Below, one piece after another: positions 60,947 through 64,000 of a stretch of DNA of 64,000 nucleotides. The notes below the pieces were generated by a model, which was given only the letters and a program-made list of their open reading frames with translations, was not told the DNA's origin and searched no databases. Within the stretch, counting starts at the first letter, position 1; each line of letters begins with the position of its first letter. Source of the DNA: an uncultured Candidatus Rokubacteria bacterium (lineage in GTDB: Bacteria > Methylomirabilota > Methylomirabilia > Rokubacteriales > DASRDR01). The DNA is taken from assembly GCA_963708025.1 (NCBI GenBank), contig CAVPSB010000035.1, forward strand, positions 1-64,000. The letters are read 5' to 3'. Made by a program: the position numbers and the translations under genes.

Positions 60947-61024
60947 GTCGGCTCCTCTCTCATTACTGCACGACGAAGCTCGTGGTTCCGCGTGACAGCC
61001 GGTCGCCCACGGAGACGGTCACTC

Positions 61025-61246
61025 TTACGACGTTCGAGCTCCGACGATGACCAACACCACGCCGCCGGCAAGTGCCAAGACGCCGACGATCGGAGGCAGG
61101 GGGATGCTCTTTTCCTTGTCGACCGAGGCCTTGAACGGTCCAAGGTCGATGACCTTCTCGCGAGTCGTGTACGTGATGCCCTGGTAGGCCAGGGCGAGCA
61201 CGCCGAGAACGATCAGGGCGACACCGACGAGAGTCACGGGTTTCAC
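61025..61246 (-). CDS. Small two-TM membrane protein (DUF3185-like)
   Basis: LAYQGITYTTREKVIDLGP...SIPLPPIVG; RBS GGAGG. Confidence 0.8.
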   Translation of the reverse strand: MKPVTLVGVALIVLGVLALAYQGITYTTREKVIDLGPFKASVDKEKSIPLPPIVGVLALAGGVVLVIVGARTS

Positions 61247-61268
61247 GGCGCTCTCCTCCCTCTCGTGG

Positions 61269-61560
61269 TCATGCTTTTCTAGGTGCTGGTGCGGGGCGAA
61301 TCGCTTCCTGCCCTGCCCGGAGCGCCTCGCTCGACATGCTCCTTCGTGTCCTGCAAGAATTCGTCAGCCCGACGCAGGGCATCTCCGCCGCGGTCCAGCA
61401 CCTTCCCAGCCGTCTCCTCTACCGCCCGGACGCTCTCCGCTGCCCTCGTGCGCACCCCGCGCGTCTTCTCCTCCACGTACTCCTCCATCTCCCGTCCCCA
61501 CAGCCACACGACGGCTGCCCCCATGATCGCTCCCAGGACAAAGGCCCCACTGGTTCGCAT
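61269..61560 (-). CDS. YtxH-like small protein (TM + coiled coil); probable frameshift near 61333
   Basis: RBS GAGGAGG; GAFVLGAIMGAAVVWLWG followed by a charged helix. Confidence 0.6.
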
Positions 61561-61615
61561 CGCAGTCCTCCTCGTTTGCGATTTCAAGTTATCCCGTCGC
61601 GAACTCGGTCTGGCG

Positions 61616-61660
61616 TCACTTGATCCGCATGTCATTCTTGACGGACCTCACGCCCGCGAC
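61616..61660 (-). pseudogene. Orphan 3' tail of a BON/OsmY-domain gene
   Basis: VAGVRSVKNDMRIK* is a typical BON-domain ending; nothing homologous upstream. Confidence 0.55.
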
Positions 61661-61744
61661 CCGCGTGCGACACGTTCTCGTCGTAAGAGCGCGACCTCGT
61701 GGGGCACCGACGTGAGCCCCACCGCACGCCTCACCGCGGCGCCG

Positions 61745-61894
61745 TCAGACGGATCGGCGGCCGGCAATGAACTGGAACAGGACGACAATAACCGCGATGA
61801 CCAGCAGTAGATGGACCAACCCGCCGGCCGTGTACGAAGTGACCAAGCCGAGCGCCCACAGCACCAGAAGAATCACAGCAATCGTCCACAGCAT
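61745..61894 (-). CDS. lmo0937 family small membrane protein
   Basis: MLWTIAVILLVLWALGLVTSYTAGGLVHLLLVIAVIVVLFQFIAGRRSV; RBS AAGGAGG. Confidence 0.88.
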   Translation of the reverse strand: MLWTIAVILLVLWALGLVTSYTAGGLVHLLLVIAVIVVLFQFIAGRRSV

Positions 61895-61966
61895 GGCCCC
61901 CTCCTTCTCTGTCCTCGGGTCTGTTGCAGGGCCCCCGACCGCCTGCGGAGTCAAAGTTCTCCTCTG

Positions 61967-61982
61967 AGCAACAGAGGTGCCA
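61967..61982 (-). promoter_or_regulatory. sigma54 -24/-12 promoter
   Basis: TGGCAC-CTCTG-TTGCT on the minus strand, about 70 nt before the lmo0937-like gene. Confidence 0.78.
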
Positions 61983-62326
61983 GGAAACAACATGCTAAGG
62001 ATTCTGGAATCTTGGCCGAGGAACTCTGTCCTCGAGTGGGGCAGTCTCGCCTCTCTGGGGCATGGGTGCCCCACCACCCCGCGAAGCACGATGCTGGGCA
62101 CACGGACAGTGGGCTGTGCCGCCGTGCGATCCGGGTGAGCGAAATGCGACCTCCCTCTGCGGACCCCCCAGCCTGGGACCGCACTCGTTGAATGCCAGGC
62201 CATCCTCGTCGAGTACGGCCGGAATACGGCAACGGGCACGGATGTCCCACTCCGGAAGAGTCCTCCTTCGACGGGGCAGTGGACGGCTTCGAGCGGAAGC
62301 TCCCGCCTCACATTGAAAGTTCGGTT

Positions 62327-62342
62327 TGGCACCGCGCTTGCG
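62327..62342 (+). promoter_or_regulatory. sigma54 -24/-12 promoter
   Basis: TGGCAC-CGCGC-TTGCG about 100 nt before the cupin gene. Confidence 0.72.
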
Positions 62343-62442
62343 ATCCGATCGCTATCGACTGAACGGCGGGTCCGATGGCAACTCTTCACCCCTGGGCACG
62401 TCGAGGTTGGCTTCCGAGCCGAAAGACGATGAGGGGACGACA

Positions 62443-62835
62443 ATGACAGGCTACGTTGGACCGATCGAAAGCCAGACCCTGAACAACACCTACTTCCGCC
62501 GGGTATTGTTCACCGGCAAGCACGCCCAGCTCGTGGTCATGTGCCTGCAGCCGGGCGAAGAGATCGGTAGGGAGGTGCACACGAACGTCGATCAATTCTT
62601 TCGCATCGAGCAGGGTGAGGCGAAGCTTGTCTTCAACGTGAAGGAGGAACATGTCGTGCGCGATGGGGACGCAATTCTGGTCCCCGCGGGCACCTACCAT
62701 AACGTCATCAATGTGTCGAAGACGAAGCCCTTGATGCTATACACGATCTATTCTCCGCCGAACCACCCCGATGGAGCGGTGCACAAGACCAAGAATGAGG
62801 CAGCGGCGGCCGAAGCGGCGGAGCATCATTCCTAG
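62443..62835 (+). CDS. Cupin domain protein
   Basis: NTYFRRVLFTG, QPGEEIG.EVH..DQFFRIEQG, VPAGTYHNVIN, YSPPNH. Confidence 0.88.
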   Translation: MTGYVGPIESQTLNNTYFRRVLFTGKHAQLVVMCLQPGEEIGREVHTNVDQFFRIEQGEAKLVFNVKEEHVVRDGDAILVPAGTYHNVINVSKTKPLMLYTIYSPPNHPDGAVHKTKNEAAAAEAAEHHS

Positions 62836-62858
62836 TCACAAGATGAAAGGGGACTTCG

Positions 62859-63011
62859 ATGCTACTACTGATTATTGTTCTGCTCCTGCTGTTCGGCGGA
62901 GGCGGCGGCTATTACGGGTATTCCAGATGGGGGAGCCGCGGGGGCCTGGGGGTAGTCGGGACGGTCCTGCTCATCTTGGTGGTCTTGTACTTGGTCGGCG
63001 CGTTGCGTTGA
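62859..63011 (+). CDS. 50-aa membrane protein (DUF3309-like)
   Basis: MLLLIIVLLLLFGGGGGYYGYSRWGSRGGLGVVGTVLLILVVLYLVGALR, translated by hand (below ORF-track cutoff). Confidence 0.78.
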   Translation: MLLLIIVLLLLFGGGGGYYGYSRWGSRGGLGVVGTVLLILVVLYLVGALR

Positions 63012-63319
63012 CCTCGGAAAATAGCGGGTGCGGCTCCTCCGGGATTCCCGGGACAGCCGTCACCCCGGGCGCCAGAGTGCTCGAGCGCCCGCGCGATGGA
63101 CCTCGCGCACGACCGGGTGACGCGTTGAACTCGCCCAGGGCCGAAACCCGGCCGACGTGCGTCAGATCCTGCCGGAGTCTTGCCTCGGAGTTCCCCTGCC
63201 TCCAGGACAATAGCGATTCCGATCCGGCTAGTCCCGCCGAACACGGACGTCCTCGTTCCGTTGCCACGACCCCTCCGACCGCTGGGCGCCGCTTGACGCC
63301 GTCGGCTCCATGAACTCAG

Positions 63320-63457
63320 CTACCGGTGAAGCAGGCCGAGCGCCCCGACCACGATCAAATACGCTGCCACGATGTAGCTCAGCAACCTGGGGATAACCAA
63401 GATCAAAATGCCAGCGATTAGGGAAATCAACGGCTGGAGCGGGAGGCCCACCACCAT
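63320..63457 (-). CDS. 45-aa membrane protein (DUF3096-like)
   Basis: LQPLISLIAGILILVIPRLLSYIVAAYLIVVG; RBS GGAGG. Confidence 0.82.
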   Translation of the reverse strand: MVVGLPLQPLISLIAGILILVIPRLLSYIVAAYLIVVGALGLLHR

Positions 63458-63520
63458 GTCAACCTCCGTTCGGTGATCCGTCGTTCATAGCTCTCCGGAG
63501 CAAGCCGGCCCGCGCCGCCC

Positions 63521-63712
63521 CTACTTCTTGAGTTCGTCTACGGCCTTGTCGATCCGCTCGCCAGCCTTCTCGATTGGTCCCTTCCCGCTCAACTTGTCCA
63601 GAGCCTTGTCGAGCTTCTCACCCACCTTCTCGGCTGGCCCTTTCTCGCACCCGAGCAAGACACCACTCCCCAGCAACCCGAGGAGGACCATGCCCACGAC
63701 GAACTGGTTCAT
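63521..63712 (-). CDS. Small lipoprotein with repeated GPAEKxGExxDKA motif
   Basis: Lipobox LLGC; EKGPAEKVGEKLDKA / KGPIEKAGERIDKA. Confidence 0.78.
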   Translation of the reverse strand: MNQFVVGMVLLGLLGSGVLLGCEKGPAEKVGEKLDKALDKLSGKGPIEKAGERIDKAVDELKK

Positions 63713-63850
63713 CACGTTTCTCCTGTTTCTCACAGCCGCAAGCGTTTGAGGACCTCGCTGGGATGTCTCCTGGTCCAGCGACGAGCTCGACCGGCGAGTC
63801 TCTCAGGGAAACCGATCGCCGGCCGCTCAGTAGCGGGTAGGCTCCCGATC

Positions 63851-63925
63851 CTAACGGAACCCGAGGTATCCCAGGACGACGAGCACGACGACCACAACTC
63901 CGATGATGTAGAAGATGTTGTTCAT
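63851..63925 (-). CDS. 24-aa single-TM micropeptide
   Basis: MNNIFYIIGVVVVVLVVLGYLGFR*, purine-rich RBS GAGGAAG. Confidence 0.6.
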   Translation of the reverse strand: MNNIFYIIGVVVVVLVVLGYLGFR

Positions 63926-64000
63926 GTTCTTCCTCGTCTCGTTCTGCTGTTCTGTTGATGACGAGTCGGAGCCAGAGATGGCACCGGCCCATGGCAGCAT

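Overview
High-GC bacterial window. Gene content and style resemble Candidatus Rokubacteria/Methylomirabilota (inference only). Many single-base frameshifts occur in otherwise intact genes, most likely long-read consensus errors. The backbone is a series of catabolic/uptake operons: (i) RidA, intradiol dioxygenase, Tat amidohydrolase, creatinase/DoeA-like M24 hydrolase, FAD oxidoreductase, divergent Alr, peptide ABC and two tandem NADH:flavin oxidoreductases; (ii) branched-chain and polar amino-acid ABC systems; (iii) a carnitine dehydrogenase/BKACE/CocE cluster; (iv) an ureohydrolase; (v) a long ArgH-like lyase, RidA, Opp ABC, MmgE/PrpD, M24, D-aminoacylase, DUF1989 operon; (vi) a lower-GC island of tiny membrane/stress proteins with divergent sigma54 promoters. 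No rRNA, tRNA, CRISPR, integrase or RT was recognised. Most notable: three different genes have diverged copies of their own 3' end repeated downstream (one of them twice), each bracketing accessory cargo, so the loci look like integrase-free cassette arrays. Many orphan gene 3' tails are scattered through the window. Intergenic spacers hold several covarying palindromic element families, into which a 19-nt GAA-hairpin unit (GACGGCCTTCGGCCTTTGG) appears to have inserted repeatedly.
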